From Serratia phage SP1, in sequence record OM457001.1: a stretch of DNA of 32,000 bases; one strand, written 5' to 3'. Below, one piece after another: positions 23,861 to 32,000 of this stretch; within the stretch, counting starts at the first letter, position 1; each line of letters opens with the position of its first letter. The translations under genes and the position numbers were made by a program. Below the pieces are notes generated by a model, which saw nothing but the letters and a program-made list of their open reading frames with translations, searched no databases and was not told the origin of the DNA.

Positions 23861-26569
23861 CTAGATGTCAAAAAGATCTGTCAAAGATGCTTTCTTCTCG
23901 TAGTCGAGTGGAGCGAACTCAGTGATTGAATCCAATGGAGACTGGAACGTTTTCTTGAACAGAGTGTAGAAATCGATGTATGGAATCAGTGCATCTTCTA
24001 ACTCTTTCGGCATGCGCAATCCAGATGGCCATGAGATGGATGCTTCCATCAGTGGGTTACGGTCCATCAACGGAAGCATCATCACCTTTTCACCTTCACG
24101 GATGAGGTCGATACCTTCATAGTTCTTGACGAATCGGTTGTATGCCAAAACACCTTTCACATGCTTAGGACAACCTTTGATTGGATAACCCATCGAATCA
24201 CTGTACTTGGCGATGTTGTTCGCACTAGACACGGATGCAATATCAATGTACGGCAACTCTGAGAATTTACTTTCAAATTCTTTGTAGTAACTCTGTAACG
24301 AACTTTCACCTTCCTGCAGCATACGACGAATGCACTCTTTCAATGCCTTACGTACCGCTTGAGGTGTACTTGAACGTTGAGTTTCCAGACCCATGATTTT
24401 CAGTTTTGGATCAGCATATCGAGTTCCTTCGTTGTCCCACACATTCAGTGCATAACGTTTCTTGGCTGTCCAGAATCCACCGATACCATCAGAACCAAGT
24501 GGTGGTCCAGCAATAACTTCACGGTCCATGAACATCAAGTGTTCTTTGTTGTTCATGTAGACACACAACTCACGGAATGCTTTGTCGATTGCTGGTTCGA
24601 GTTTTTCTTTTGCAAACTTATCAAAGAAGTCCACAATTTGAGTGGTATCACGGAACTTACCTTCACCACCGACTCGTTCAACGAGTTTGTCCATATGGAT
24701 GTAGATGGAGTCAGTATCGCCATACATTACGAAGGTTTCGTTAGTAGTTCCACACACTTTGTTCATGTACTCATTCACATTCCGTTCAATCCATTGTAGA
24801 GCAAGTTGACCGAACAATGTGATAGCAGATGCGTTACGCAGATCATAATAACGGAAGTGAATGTTACCCAATGCACCATAAAGACTGTTGATCAAAATCT
24901 TACGGTTTTGTTGAGCAGTATCAGCTGCCATAGAACCACGTTCACACTTATCAAGCAACCTAACAAGTGCATTTTTCGACAACTCATGCAGTTTCGATTT
25001 GACTTCTTCTGGGAAATCAGTGTTCACATCCACAACGATTTCATCAAGATTACCACGAACGTCATGCATTGCTTCTTTTACGAGTTCTGCATTTCGATCA
25101 CAGGTCAGCATGATCTTTTTCTGACCTTTACGTTGTAAGAACACTTTCGTGATTTCAACTGGGATTACACCATCGATTGTTTTATCGTACATCCAACCAT
25201 TCGGAGAGCAACTGTACACATCGCTTGGTCGAGGTGCTGTACCTGCAATATAGTCTTCCATTGGAGCTAACGGGAATGAACCAACAATCGTTTCTGGCGA
25301 AATACCAACTTGTCGAATGATCGACGGATACAGAGACGTTAAGTCAGCAGAGATAATCCAACGATATGCACCTGGTTTTGGCTCTTTTACAAATGCACCT
25401 GGATATTGTTGTTTAACATGCTGCTTAGCTTCAGGAATGACTCGTTTCTGTTCCTTCAAACTATTGAAAATAATCGCATCCCAAGTTTTGATTGGACTAA
25501 ATACTGCTTTGAATGGAATACGAGCATAATATGCCAGAGAAAGTGCTAGTTCAATGAACTGACGACGATCATCAATTTGTTGCACACGAGCAACGTCGAT
25601 GATGTTATACGAGATGTATCTCTGGTGGTTTGCTGCACGCAATTTACCAATTGGACCGTCATATTCCAACTTACCAACACCAAGTTCATGTTCAGCTACA
25701 TAGTCCAAACGCATTGATGCTAGTGTAGTGAAGCTGAATTTTTCATACAACTGCATATAATCGAGAATCGATACACCAAGAATGTCATAAATGATCTTTT
25801 CACCATAAAGGTTGGTGATAACTTTCGAGTTAATTTTACCAAGCGGTGACATTCGATTAACTACTGATTTACCACACACTGTTTCAATACGACGGATAAT
25901 GTATGGAATATCAAAACCTTCAACGTTCCAACCGGTAAAGATGACTGGCGGTTTTTCATGCCATAACTGAACATAGTTCAGCAACAATTCTTTTTCAGAA
26001 TCGAATGGCATATAAACGACTTTGTCCAACAATTCCTGTGGAACTTCATCACCACCTTCAGATTCTGCTTTCGCTGCTTTGCGGATGCACCATTCATCGA
26101 CCGTTCCTTGACCTGAATGAATCAAATCAAATACGTAAAACTTGTCGTCAATTGAATCGTAGTGAGTGATGGCATCGATTTCATATTTTGCTTCAAGCGG
26201 GTTTGGAAATTCAGGTGCTGTTACCTCAATGTCCATATTTGCTACGCGAATAAGACGACGATCATAAACGATATTCGAACCGTATGTGTCTGAAATATAA
26301 GCGAGTTTGAAATCGTCCATACCAAGAACTTCAAGCCCAGTGTCATTCATCGTACGACGCCATTCTTTGGCTTCTTTAATCGATGCGAAATTTTTGGACT
26401 GACAGTGTTTGCCATAAATGTCTTTGTATGGTGTTACTTGACCTGGCATAACATGGTGGAACAACGTCGGCTGATATCGAATTTCACGAGTTTTTTCTTT
26501 ACCATTTTCGTCGATGTATCGCTCGTGAATGGTATCACCCAACTGCTCGACAGACAAGAAGTATTCCAT
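23861..26569 (-). CDS. 43: DNA polymerase, family B (T4 gp43-like)
   Basis: LTSLYPSIIRQVGISPETI, KILINSLYGALGNIHFRYYD, YGDTDSIYIH, exonuclease VANMDIEV and FTGWNVEGFDIPY. Confidence 0.97.
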   Translation of the reverse strand: MEYFLSVEQLGDTIHERYIDENGKEKTREIRYQPTLFHHVMPGQVTPYKDIYGKHCQSKNFASIKEAKEWRRTMNDTGLEVLGMDDFKLAYISDTYGSNIVYDRRLIRVANMDIEVTAPEFPNPLEAKYEIDAITHYDSIDDKFYVFDLIHSGQGTVDEWCIRKAAKAESEGGDEVPQELLDKVVYMPFDSEKELLLNYVQLWHEKPPVIFTGWNVEGFDIPYIIRRIETVCGKSVVNRMSPLGKINSKVITNLYGEKIIYDILGVSILDYMQLYEKFSFTTLASMRLDYVAEHELGVGKLEYDGPIGKLRAANHQRYISYNIIDVARVQQIDDRRQFIELALSLAYYARIPFKAVFSPIKTWDAIIFNSLKEQKRVIPEAKQHVKQQYPGAFVKEPKPGAYRWIISADLTSLYPSIIRQVGISPETIVGSFPLAPMEDYIAGTAPRPSDVYSCSPNGWMYDKTIDGVIPVEITKVFLQRKGQKKIMLTCDRNAELVKEAMHDVRGNLDEIVVDVNTDFPEEVKSKLHELSKNALVRLLDKCERGSMAADTAQQNRKILINSLYGALGNIHFRYYDLRNASAITLFGQLALQWIERNVNEYMNKVCGTTNETFVMYGDTDSIYIHMDKLVERVGGEGKFRDTTQIVDFFDKFAKEKLEPAIDKAFRELCVYMNNKEHLMFMDREVIAGPPLGSDGIGGFWTAKKRYALNVWDNEGTRYADPKLKIMGLETQRSSTPQAVRKALKECIRRMLQEGESSLQSYYKEFESKFSELPYIDIASVSSANNIAKYSDSMGYPIKGCPKHVKGVLAYNRFVKNYEGIDLIREGEKVMMLPLMDRNPLMEASISWPSGLRMPKELEDALIPYIDFYTLFKKTFQSPLDSITEFAPLDYEKKASLTDLFDI

Positions 26570-26590
26570 TTGTTTCCTCAGTAGTTTAAC

Positions 26591-26610
26591 GTCCAGGTTG
26601 CTCGGACACG
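26591..26610 (-). promoter_or_regulatory. Candidate translational operator hairpin of gene 43
   Basis: mRNA-sense GUGUCCGAGCAACCUGGAC, about 22-41 nt upstream of the gp43 ATG. Confidence 0.55.
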
Positions 26611-26635
26611 GTTAGTTCTCCAAATAATTATAACA

Positions 26636-26659
26636 AATGGGAGCACACAGGCTCCCATT
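26636..26659 (-). terminator. Stem-loop/terminator between regA and 43
   Basis: 9-bp perfect stem AATGGGAGC-CTGTGT-GCTCCCATT followed by TGTTATAATT, just after the regA stop. Confidence 0.65.
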
Positions 26660-26664
26660 GGCAT

Positions 26665-27033
26665 TTAATTTCCGATCTTGTACTTGTGCACAAGGTTCCA
26701 CTGATCTTTTTGCTTATGGCTGATCACACGGAAGTTGTTGACTTGTTCGTTGATTTTTTCACCAACTTTATGAACGATTCGACACAGATTCCATTGTTCA
26801 AGCAGTTGTGCAATAGAGTCTCTCCGTTGGAAATCTTCATCTGTGATTTCTACCGGTCGACCATCCAGTTTCAAGAGTTCCTTGAAATGCACAACATAAT
26901 AAAGTCCTTGTTTTTGCAGAATATGACAAGACTGATAAAGAGTCTTGGTCTTATTATTTGCAATACCCATGCGAGTCAATGTCTCACGGATTTTCAAAAA
27001 GTCATCTTTCTTGATTAATTCGATCTGTAACAT
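26665..27033 (-). CDS. regA: RegA translational repressor
   Basis: ETLTRMGIANNKTKTLYQSCHILQKQGLYYVVHFKELL...NNFRVISHKQKDQWNLVHKYKIGN. Confidence 0.95.
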   Translation of the reverse strand: MLQIELIKKDDFLKIRETLTRMGIANNKTKTLYQSCHILQKQGLYYVVHFKELLKLDGRPVEITDEDFQRRDSIAQLLEQWNLCRIVHKVGEKINEQVNNFRVISHKQKDQWNLVHKYKIGN

Positions 27034-27037
27034 ATCA

Positions 27038-27625
27038 TTACCACTTTTCAATGAATTTGGTCAATTTCTTCTGATCAGCCTTGTTGGCGGTCACAGTCTT
27101 GACAAAGGATTCGTTCGCCATGAATTTTAAGCTATGCAGTACTTTTTCAAGGTTTCCTTTTTGACGGAACAAACCAAGATAGTCATAACCACCTGCAATA
27201 CTCAAATTCCATCTGTTGGCGAACAGTTTAGCCATGCACTTGTCTTCCAAGTCTTCATGGAGTTTTGCCCACTTACCGTACCGTTTCCCTTGGCGAATAG
27301 TTGCCAAATAATAATTCAAATGCATTTGATCAGACATTCCTGCACCGATCAAGTTCATAACATAAACTGAATCCATACAATCAGCATGTTGACTCAATGC
27401 CAAATCGATCCAGTTTTTGCTGTAATCCGAATCAATATTAAGAGTCTTGTGCTCTTTGGTCTGTGTGATTCGGTCTAGTGTTTCAAAGAGTTCATTACCT
27501 TTTGATTGAGGCTTAAACTCTTCGTCAACTAATTTTTGGATTGCATCATAATCTTTTTGCATCCATGCGAGCTCATGGGGATTGAGCTCGACCTCTTCTT
27601 CACCCATCAGACTCGCTAGACTCAT
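27038..27625 (-). CDS. 62: Clamp loader small subunit (T4 gp62-like)
   Basis: Located between regA and 44; ADCMDSVYVMNLIGAGMSDQMHLNYYLATIRQGKRYGKWAKL. Confidence 0.9.
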   Translation of the reverse strand: MSLASLMGEEEVELNPHELAWMQKDYDAIQKLVDEEFKPQSKGNELFETLDRITQTKEHKTLNIDSDYSKNWIDLALSQHADCMDSVYVMNLIGAGMSDQMHLNYYLATIRQGKRYGKWAKLHEDLEDKCMAKLFANRWNLSIAGGYDYLGLFRQKGNLEKVLHSLKFMANESFVKTVTANKADQKKLTKFIEKW

Positions 27626-28581
27626 TTCCAGGTCAACTCCATGGTTAATTGCAACAACATGTAGAAGATATGGATTTCTGCGTTTGCAGCCAGGCCGTAG
27701 TACTGATTCGATTCACCGACGATCTGGTACATACGAACAATTGAAGATGAATCCAACATACCGTACAATGAACTAGTCAACGATTGAATGAAATCCGAAT
27801 AGTTGCCAGCATACTGGGGTGCTAGATTGCGAAGTTCTTTGACTTTCTTTTCTTTGATTGCTTCGATTACAGTATCGATTGTGGTTTTCTGAGTTACGAT
27901 AGACAGAATACCAGCATCGATTTTACCGTGTTTGGAGTACCAATCCAGTTCACCGACTGTTTTACGAAAATCTGGGAAATTCTTCTTAACGAGTGCTGCT
28001 AACACAGTCATGTCCTCAACTACGAGGTTTTCTGTTTTACAAATCTCAGCACAACGACGAATCATTTCCTTCATCATCGTTACTTTTTCTTCTTCAGATG
28101 CTTTACCGAATTTGACTACTCGGCATCGAGATTTCAGTGGATCAATGATTTTCGAGATGTCGTTACAGGTGATTACGAACGAGCAGTTAAACGAATATGC
28201 TTCCATCATTGAACGCAAGTGTTTCTGCGATTCAGTCAATGAACCACGGTCGAATTCATCGATTATTACGACTTTATGTCGACCACCTAATGAACCAGCA
28301 CTTGCAAATTCTGCGATTGGCCCACGAAGGAAGTTCAACGTACAGTTTGAACCGTTGACCATCATATATTCGTTGTCTGCTTCTAAACACAGAGTTTCGG
28401 CTAAGGTAGTTTTACCTGTACCTGGTGATGCGGATTCGAGGATTAAATGAGGGATTTTCTTGCTCTTTGCGATGGTCTTGAAAATCTTCTTGTCTGCTGC
28501 AGGAAGTACCATCTCATCCAATGTGCGTGGACGATATTTTTGTTCAAATGCGAATTCTTGTTCATTTACTGATAAAGTCAT
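27622..28581 (-). CDS. 44: Clamp loader large subunit, AAA+ ATPase (T4 gp44-like)
   Basis: KYRPRTLDEMVLPAADKK, SASPGTGKTTLAETL, VVIIDEFDR, FVITCNDISKIIDPLKSRC. Confidence 0.95.
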   Translation of the reverse strand: MTLSVNEQEFAFEQKYRPRTLDEMVLPAADKKIFKTIAKSKKIPHLILESASPGTGKTTLAETLCLEADNEYMMVNGSNCTLNFLRGPIAEFASAGSLGGRHKVVIIDEFDRGSLTESQKHLRSMMEAYSFNCSFVITCNDISKIIDPLKSRCRVVKFGKASEEEKVTMMKEMIRRCAEICKTENLVVEDMTVLAALVKKNFPDFRKTVGELDWYSKHGKIDAGILSIVTQKTTIDTVIEAIKEKKVKELRNLAPQYAGNYSDFIQSLTSSLYGMLDSSSIVRMYQIVGESNQYYGLAANAEIHIFYMLLQLTMELTWK

Positions 28582-28616
28582 AATATCCTCTTCAAATCAA
28601 AGGCTCCGAAGAGCCA

Positions 28617-29288
28617 TTAGAAACTGTGTGTAGAAGTTGCTTCAGTTGCTACTACATAGCTAATTTTATCACCTTCGAATTTAACAGCACCTTTAGAACT
28701 GATCATAACTTTGAAGTCAGCTTCTTTCATGTGCATGTTCGCCATATTCAGACGAAAATCGAAATCAACACCATCCCAATCTGCAGTTTCAACAGAGAAC
28801 AGTGGACGAAGACAATCTTTATCAATGGTACGGTTATATCCACGAATAACGATTTTGTTATCTTCAGATGCGATTGACAGCACATCACCGTTTTGAGCAC
28901 GTGATGTACGCAGAATTTGTTGCATTTGATCTGCAGACAATTCAAAAATAACGTTTGCTACTGGCATGGTCAATCGATTTTTTGGTGTTACGATTGTGGA
29001 TGCGTTTGCTGCACGATAGAACACTCGAGTTTTACCAGCAGAGATAACGATGTCTTCGCCATCAAGAGTCAATTCAGCATCATCACCAACCAGCGATACG
29101 AGGTTCAAGAAACTTGACAATTCATAGATTGCCAGTTCTTCATCGATTACATCATCGATAGTCGCTTCAGCGAATACAACGTTATTGACCGTCTTGGTCA
29201 TAATAAACGAACCTGGTTTCAGTACAATTGAACTGTTGATACCAGAGAAGATTTTCAAAATAGCTAGTGTTTCTTTAGACAGTTTCAT
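28617..29288 (-). CDS. 45: Sliding clamp (T4 gp45-like)
   Basis: MKLSKETLAILKIFSGINSSIVLKPGSFI; size and order. Confidence 0.95.
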   Translation of the reverse strand: MKLSKETLAILKIFSGINSSIVLKPGSFIMTKTVNNVVFAEATIDDVIDEELAIYELSSFLNLVSLVGDDAELTLDGEDIVISAGKTRVFYRAANASTIVTPKNRLTMPVANVIFELSADQMQQILRTSRAQNGDVLSIASEDNKIVIRGYNRTIDKDCLRPLFSVETADWDGVDFDFRLNMANMHMKEADFKVMISSKGAVKFEGDKISYVVATEATSTHSF

Positions 29289-29321
29289 TACATTTCCTAT
29301 TGATGATCACAGTTAATTGTA

Positions 29322-29708
29322 TTACTTGGTCGCAGTGACGTCCAAAGTTGCAACAATTTCGGCGGCAGCTTCGATCAGAACTTCGTCAGTATCACGTTGA
29401 TACTCTTTAGGCAGAGTTTCAACACCATCACGTGGATTCAGAATTGGTACGATACCTTTAGCAGCAAGATCTGCTTTGTATTGACGCATCTTTTCAATAT
29501 GCAGTTGACGAACAGATTCGTCCATGGACTCATAGAACTCAAATCGAGTTTCTTGTGGCAGCCGAGCCAGGAATTCTTTCTTGTCTTCTGGCATTTGAAG
29601 GACCCATGATTTACGCAGAACGTTATCAGCTTGTTCACGGGTAGCAGTGCAACGCAGGTCTTTAACAGTAATAGTCATCATTTTCTCACTCATAGAAATA
29701 GTCTTCAA
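29322..29708 (-). CDS. rpbA: RpbA-like RNA polymerase binding protein
   Basis: Mainly by T4 order 45-rpbA-45.2-46 and size (128 aa or slightly shorter). Confidence 0.7.
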   Translation of the reverse strand: MKTISMSEKMMTITVKDLRCTATREQADNVLRKSWVLQMPEDKKEFLARLPQETRFEFYESMDESVRQLHIEKMRQYKADLAAKGIVPILNPRDGVETLPKEYQRDTDEVLIEAAAEIVATLDVTATK

Positions 29709-29886
29709 GAAACCATACGTCGGAACGATTGGTTTTCACACGTTGTAATTCATCAGGTCGATCTTCAAAAGCAGCCTCTAACTGCTCCATGGTAACAAGG
29801 CGCTCATCCTGTGTCAGATTATTAACAAGCAGATATTGCTTGATTTCTGGAGCGCATTGAAGGTGTTGATTATACAGCATTGTCAA
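29686..29886 (-). CDS. Small protein in the T4 45.2 position (66 aa)
   Basis: Position upstream of rpbA, size. Confidence 0.65.
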   Translation of the reverse strand: MTMLYNQHLQCAPEIKQYLLVNNLTQDERLVTMEQLEAAFEDRPDELQRVKTNRSDVWFLEDYFYE

Positions 29887-31561
29887 TTATCGTGAATCTT
29901 CCACGTTTTTTCAAGTGCAAGTGCTGTCCATAATCTTGTGGGTTATGGTCTCTGTGCGAAATAATGAAAATGTTGGAATCTTTCATGTTGTTCAGAACAA
30001 TCGAAATACCTTTAACACCTTCAGCATCTGTGGCCGAATCGAAGACCTCATCCAGGAATAATGCAGAAATTTCAACACCTGATACCTGAGATGCAACATC
30101 TCGCCATGTAAACAGTAAGCTGATGTCGATTCGAGCTTTTTCGCCTTGACTGAAAGAATTATACGTAAAGTCTTCACGTCCTCTTGATTTGATGGTTTCG
30201 TTGAATTCTTCATCCAATGTGAATGAATAATCTGCGTCCATAATCTTGAGATAATGGGCGATCCGCTTATTGAAGTAAGGGATGTATTTCTTGATAATGG
30301 AACCTTTAATTCCAGAATCTTTTAACAAATCAGTTATAATTCCACGTTGATATTTTTCAATAACAAGCGCTGATTTATTCTCTACTTCATTATTATATTC
30401 CTTCGTCAAGGAAAGTATTTCTGAGCTGTTATCGATAATGTCTTTTGATAACTCTTCAATTGCGAGCTTGATGCGTCTTGCCTTCATAACAGTATCTTGT
30501 ATGATCTGTTTCTTGGCCGTAATCTCGCTAGTGATACGAACTTGTTCTTGACGTTGTTTCTTGAACGATGTCATGATTTCGTTTAGAGACGATATCTTCT
30601 TGTTCAAGTCAGAAGATTTTATACCATAATCATGGATTGCAGTTTCGATTCGTCCTTTAATTTGTTCATCAGCACCAATCTGCTGGAAACAAGTTGGACA
30701 TGTACCACCTTTCTCATGACGATGAATGACTGCTTGGTAATCCTGAACTCGGTTGTTGATTTTTTCAGATGCAGAAACCAACTTTTGCAATTCTTCAGAT
30801 GGGTCTTCACCAAGTGTTACCTCTGTGAGACTCTGTACCAGTTCTTCAAGAGATGCTTTATGCTCACGAGCTTCAGCAACAAAATCATCATACATTTTCT
30901 GGTAACGATCGATGTCTGTACCAGCTTTTTGTTGTTGCTTATTTTTGAACTGTTCTTGGGTTTCGATCTGAGTTTTGAGATGTTCCAATTTCAGATCAGT
31001 GACTGAGATTTGCTGAGTCAACTCTCTGGATTGGAACTTATTCAGACGATCCATATCCGCAAGAATTGATACGTTCAAGAGGTCTTCTACTAATCGACGA
31101 CGATCACCTTTGCTTAATGCCATGAACGGTGTGTAGCCAGCAGTACCAAGAACGACAACTTGTTTGAACGAATTCAGGTTCATACCGATCATCTGTTCGA
31201 AGGTCTCTTGGAAATCTCTGATGGATGCATCTTCATCGATACGTTGACCATCACGATAAACCTCAAAGATATTCGGTTTAAGACCTCGAATAACCTTGAA
31301 ATGCTTTTTATCGTATTCCATTTCAACTTCAACAAGCAATCCTTTCTTGTTGGTGCTGTTGATTAGTTGTGGTTTTTTCAAATCACGAAACGGCTTGCCG
31401 AATAAACCGAAGCATAGAGCTTCAAGCATAGTGGACTTACCTGTACCGTTCGTACCTGTAATCAGGGTTTTATGACAAGCATCTAAACGCACTTCAATGG
31501 GCTCTTGGCCCACTGACATGATGTTTTTGTACTTGACTTTATTGAACTTTAGATTCTTCAT
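29870..31561 (-). CDS. 46: Recombination endonuclease subunit, Rad50/SbcC-like (T4 gp46)
   Basis: LITGTNGTGKSTMLEAL, zinc-hook CPTCFQQ, YNSFSQGEKARIDISLLF, ALFLDEVFD. Confidence 0.95.
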   Translation of the reverse strand: MKNLKFNKVKYKNIMSVGQEPIEVRLDACHKTLITGTNGTGKSTMLEALCFGLFGKPFRDLKKPQLINSTNKKGLLVEVEMEYDKKHFKVIRGLKPNIFEVYRDGQRIDEDASIRDFQETFEQMIGMNLNSFKQVVVLGTAGYTPFMALSKGDRRRLVEDLLNVSILADMDRLNKFQSRELTQQISVTDLKLEHLKTQIETQEQFKNKQQQKAGTDIDRYQKMYDDFVAEAREHKASLEELVQSLTEVTLGEDPSEELQKLVSASEKINNRVQDYQAVIHRHEKGGTCPTCFQQIGADEQIKGRIETAIHDYGIKSSDLNKKISSLNEIMTSFKKQRQEQVRITSEITAKKQIIQDTVMKARRIKLAIEELSKDIIDNSSEILSLTKEYNNEVENKSALVIEKYQRGIITDLLKDSGIKGSIIKKYIPYFNKRIAHYLKIMDADYSFTLDEEFNETIKSRGREDFTYNSFSQGEKARIDISLLFTWRDVASQVSGVEISALFLDEVFDSATDAEGVKGISIVLNNMKDSNIFIISHRDHNPQDYGQHLHLKKRGRFTIIDNAV

Positions 31562-31790
31562 TTAATACCCATGCGCAGATATCCGAATGGAGTTTCGAAT
31601 AGTTGAATGTCAAATCAAATTTTTTCGTTTTTCCATTGTAACTCACTGCGTAGCAAAAATCTTGATAAGCAATACCAAGATCATCTTGTACAGTTTCACG
31701 GCCAACATTGATTTTAACAAACTTGCAAGTGTCTAGCAAGACCGCTTCTTCGACGTCAGTAACAGAATCGAGTGGAATATCATTGCTCAT
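31539..31790 (-). CDS. Small protein in the T4 46.1 position (83 aa)
   Basis: Position between 46 and the next gene. Confidence 0.6.
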   Translation of the reverse strand: MSNDIPLDSVTDVEEAVLLDTCKFVKINVGRETVQDDLGIAYQDFCYAVSYNGKTKKFDLTFNYSKLHSDICAWVLNEESKVQ

Positions 31791-32000
31791 TTTGGGCCTC
31801 TACGTAAAGAGCTTTTGCGATTTTAATGAGTGAATCTTTTTCGTCCTGATCAGAATCAAGTGCATTGATCGCTTCCTCAATCATGGTCATTACGTTTTTG
31901 GTGTCCAGTGCATCGTCAGAAATTTCAGCTTCAGAGGATTCAATTTTTGGAACAACTCGCAAATCATGTACGACTTTTTCCAATTCACCCTCAATTTTGG
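31780..32000 (-). CDS. C-terminal fragment of an ORF running off the window, probably gp47 (SbcD/Mre11-like)
   Basis: Frame stays open upstream of the TTG-start ORF in the track (...PKIEGELEKVVHDLRV...). Identity inferred from T4 order only. Confidence 0.45.
   Translation of the reverse strand, partial: KIEGELEKVVHDLRVVPKIESSEAEISDDALDTKNVMTMIEEAINALDSDQDEKDSLIKIAKALYVEAQNEQ

Noticed and set aside
27932-28450. 172-aa plus-strand ORF
   Set aside because: Entirely antisense to gene 44, whose coding is unambiguous.
30619-30813. Short minus-strand ORFs inside gene 46 (also 29992-30213)
   Set aside because: Alternative frames within the well-supported gp46 coding sequence.
1-32000. tRNA genes, CRISPR arrays, transposons or integrase
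   Set aside because: No cloverleaf-like segments, regularly spaced repeats, IS ends or integrase/transposase motifs were noticed on reading; a tRNAscan/CRISPR search was not possible.
1-32000. T4-type late promoters (TATAAATA)
   Set aside because: No exact minus-strand TATAAATA near gene starts was noticed; TATAAATG-like at 14546 is on the plus strand and lies inside the duplicated leader.

Overview
This window looks like a core replication/recombination/modification region of a T4-like myovirus (Straboviridae-type). Almost every gene is on the minus strand. Genes recognised by protein motifs, backed by T4 gene order, are: topoisomerase large subunit (gp39/60-type, left edge), a MazG-like protein, dexA, dda, an ADP-ribosyltransferase at the modA/modB locus, 56, 61, 41, a gp40-position gene, uvsX, beta-glucosyltransferase, 42 (dCMP hydroxymethylase), an imm-like gene, 43, regA, 62, 44, 45, rpbA, a 45.2-position gene, 46, a 46.1-position gene and probably the 3' end of 47. 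The most interesting accessory content is: (1) an expanded DNA-hypermodification block (17.96-22.14 kb) with bgt, a GT-A-like glycosyltransferase, an uncharacterised 310-aa protein, gp42 and a DUF1599/Nmad1-like protein; (2) a ribosome-modulation-factor-like protein; (3) a protein ending in an EF-Tu-like P-loop segment; (4) a putative mono-ADP-ribosyltransferase; (5) a stem-loop upstream of gene 43 carrying AGCAACCU; (6) a duplicated 63-nt promoter/leader with a palindrome around the -10; (7) several sub-60-aa genes missing from the ORF track. All family names come from reading the translations and from memory. No database search was run.
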